Position numbers and translations under genes: made by a program. DNA of 26,829 nt from a virus (taxonomy: Duplodnaviria > Caudoviricetes). The stretch is from the IMG/VR virus record IMGVR_UViG_3300023281_000932, positions 1-26,829 of that record; one strand, 5' to 3'. This document shows, piece after piece, positions 25,225-26,829 of this stretch (position 1 is its first letter; each line of letters opens with the position of its first letter). Under the pieces are notes generated by a model. It searched no databases and was not told the origin of the DNA. It saw only the letters and a list, made by a program, of their open reading frames with translations.

Positions 25225-25253
25225 ATTGTATACACTAGGTACTACAAAGTCAA
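25225..25253 (-). promoter_or_regulatory. sigma70-type promoter TTGACT-N17-TACAAT
   Basis: On the minus strand the -35 lies at 25253-25248 (overlapping the HTH gene stop) and the -10 at 25230-25225. Confidence 0.7.
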
Positions 25254-25441
25254 GACTTTTTTTCCATCACTACTAATCCGTTCTCTGCTAAGACTTTTCT
25301 AATTAGCTCTTCGTTGTGAGGTGCTACTGCTGACTTGTTGTTTGCCCATCTCCACACTTGAGCACGTCTCTTGTTTAACAGTCTTGCCAATGAGGCTTGC
25401 GTCATTCTGTTGCGATAAATTGTTTCGCTTACGTCTATCAT
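25250..25441 (-). CDS. XRE/Cro-like helix-turn-helix protein
   Basis: MTQASLARLLNKRRAQVWRWANN HTH pattern, 63 aa. Confidence 0.75.
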   Translation of the reverse strand: MIDVSETIYRNRMTQASLARLLNKRRAQVWRWANNKSAVAPHNEELIRKVLAENGLVVMEKKS

Positions 25442-25839
25442 ATCTTTGGGGTTATTTGTTTCTCCATTAAGTTAGTTTGTTTTCTAGCCGAAATGAACTT
25501 GTTTGTTAAGTAATTATATTTAACTTCGGCGATGTCACGTTTAGTCATGGCCTCAATTACTAGTGCTTCCTTGTCCACAGCGTCCAATTCTGCATCGATT
25601 TTACGCTCTGTCGCAGTTTTCTTGCGTGAACTGAGAGTAAGACTCATCATCTTCTTTTTGTGCTCTAATTTGGCGTTTAAATAGCTTCGGTTTAAATAGG
25701 CATGTTGTTCTTCAGCGTACGCCATCCAGGCTGGTAACCTGTTAAGCAGCAAGCTCACATCCCAAGTCTCCACTTTCTGGACCAGGCCTTTCAGTGTTTC
25801 GTTGGGCGAGTTCTGATTTGTTGAGGGTGATTTCTCCAT
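25438..25839 (-). CDS. Helical hypothetical protein (possibly UvsY-like recombination mediator)
   Basis: Coiled-coil protein among recombination genes. The start is uncertain because the 5' part overlaps the HNH gene. Confidence 0.45.
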   Translation of the reverse strand: MEKSPSTNQNSPNETLKGLVQKVETWDVSLLLNRLPAWMAYAEEQHAYLNRSYLNAKLEHKKKMMSLTLSSRKKTATERKIDAELDAVDKEALVIEAMTKRDIAEVKYNYLTNKFISARKQTNLMEKQITPKI

Positions 25840-26038
25840 TGTGAATTAAGTTATGGCATCGTAGGCATACCAGGATACAGTTGTTTGGATCATCCCAAAG
25901 ATCGGGTCTAGCTCCTCGACTCTGAAGATGGTGAGCACAGCAAGCGTCGTCTTCGAAATATCTTTTGCATACCTGGCAGATATTGTTTTCTCTTTCTCGG
26001 ACAAGCCTGTGAAGCTTCTTCATGTTCTTCTTAGCCAT
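25742..26038 (-). CDS. HNH endonuclease (NinG-like)
   Basis: VRERE..CQVC...HH...RG...NCILVCLRCHNLIH. Confidence 0.85.
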   Translation of the reverse strand: MAKKNMKKLHRLVRERENNICQVCKRYFEDDACCAHHLQSRGARPDLWDDPNNCILVCLRCHNLIHNGEITLNKSELAQRNTERPGPESGDLGCELAA

Positions 26039-26379
26039 TAGAACGGCATATCAGATTCCTCTGGCACGTAGCTCTCTACTGTTGGTGTTCCTCCAGGGTT
26101 CTCTAGTTTCTCTAGTCTAGCTTCTAGCTCAGCAACCTTAGCGATTAATGTATCGAACTTGTTAGGAACTTTAAATTTCTTATACATCTTTCCGTTGTAT
26201 TCTTCTTCAAAGAGTTCAACTTCTTTTGTATCTCCAGCCTTCCAGTTCATCATCTCCTCGTTACCGAAACCGTTATGCCAAGTTCCATCTACTGAAATAC
26301 TGGCAGCGATGTAAGGTTTGTTTGTCCTGGCAGAAACTTTTCTTTCTACCTTCACGTGTTGTAGTACTACTTGAGTCAT
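26038..26379 (-). CDS. Single-stranded DNA-binding protein-like (OB fold)
   Basis: Beta-rich N-domain, a short coiled coil and an SSB-type acidic tail EESDMPF. Confidence 0.65.
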   Translation of the reverse strand: MTQVVLQHVKVERKVSARTNKPYIAASISVDGTWHNGFGNEEMMNWKAGDTKEVELFEEEYNGKMYKKFKVPNKFDTLIAKVAELEARLEKLENPGGTPTVESYVPEESDMPF

Positions 26380-26403
26380 AGTTGATTGTTGTTAATGGTG
26401 ATT

Positions 26404-26432
26404 AGTATACTTTGTTTATGTAGTTAGGTCAA
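26404..26432 (-). promoter_or_regulatory. sigma70-type promoter TTGACC-N17-TATACT
   Basis: On the minus strand the -35 lies at 26432-26427 and the -10 at 26409-26404, upstream of the SSB-like gene. Confidence 0.7.
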
Positions 26433-26434
26433 GG

Positions 26435-26596
26435 TTATTCTGGAGGATCTTGTATTTCTGATTCATCTACAACCCAAGTGCGCGTTATGGTGTATACCCG
26501 GCCAAGGTCATCGTAGTCTTCTATTGCTTCTATCACTCCAGCTTTGTTGTCTAAAAATAATACAGCATCTCCCACCTCATACGTTGATTTGTCCAT
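26435..26596 (-). CDS. 53-aa SH3/KOW-like small protein (not in ORF track)
   Basis: MDKSTYEVGDAVLFLDNKAGVIEAIEDYDDLGRVYTITRTWVVDESEIQDPPE*; the YxVGDxV...GxI...Y pattern suggests an SH3-like barrel. Confidence 0.6.
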   Translation of the reverse strand: MDKSTYEVGDAVLFLDNKAGVIEAIEDYDDLGRVYTITRTWVVDESEIQDPPE

Positions 26597-26613
26597 GTTG
26601 TTTGGATTAAAAA

Positions 26614-26829
26614 TTATTTGTTTTGCCAGTAGCCTGTTTCCGTAGGCTCTTCGGTGTATGTGTCGCGGAACGTTCCGTTCTGCCAGTAAATTGTAGCCAG
26701 GCTGTGCGTTCCAAAGTTCCTATCCTTTTCGTGTTGGATCATGAAGGTTGCGTTGTCTTTTTTTTCACCGGGAACCCAGTCCCTCCAGCACTTCAGGAAC
26801 GTCCAAGCGGTGTCGCTTATCTTCCCACT
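26614..26829 (-). CDS. C-terminal part of a DnaB-like (SF4) replicative helicase, truncated by the window edge
   Basis: Open frame SGKISDTAWTFLKCWRD...IQHEKDRNFGT...* resembles SF4 motif H4 (SGxI...A) and the KxR arginine finger. Confidence 0.6.
   Translation of the reverse strand, partial: SGKISDTAWTFLKCWRDWVPGEKKDNATFMIQHEKDRNFGTHSLATIYWQNGTFRDTYTEEPTETGYWQNK

Overview
This window is a gene-dense 26.8 kb piece of a tailed dsDNA phage genome (Caudoviricetes) with a short-tailed, podovirus-like plan: no tape measure, sheath or tail-tube gene is visible. The + strand (1-22956) carries, in order, a Phd/YefM-like plus Zn-finger regulator, TerS, TerL, portal, scaffold, major capsid protein, several beta-rich accessory virion proteins including a 1247-aa propeller+Ig adhesin, a tail adaptor, a nozzle, a tail fibre, two ejection-type proteins, a papain-family protease, an M23 peptidase and a holin-like gene. 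The convergent - strand (23139-26829) carries replication and recombination genes: RuvC-like, Cas4-like PD-(D/E)xK nuclease, XRE HTH, HNH, SSB-like, the 3' end of a DnaB-like helicase, and several unlisted micro-ORFs. Near-consensus sigma70 promoters occur together with Shine-Dalgarno-free starts (TTAA...A-rich...ATG), which suggests a Patescibacteria/CPR-type host (inference). The main leads are: (i) a cluster of GTATGACA repeats covering a perfect promoter and the leaderless gene it drives; (ii) a promoter-driven ~72-nt structured RNA between the two convergent arms; (iii) a C1 protease translationally coupled between the ejection and lysis genes; (iv) a sheath-like (DUF3383) segment inside the fibre. 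All family assignments come from motif recognition by eye; no database search was run.
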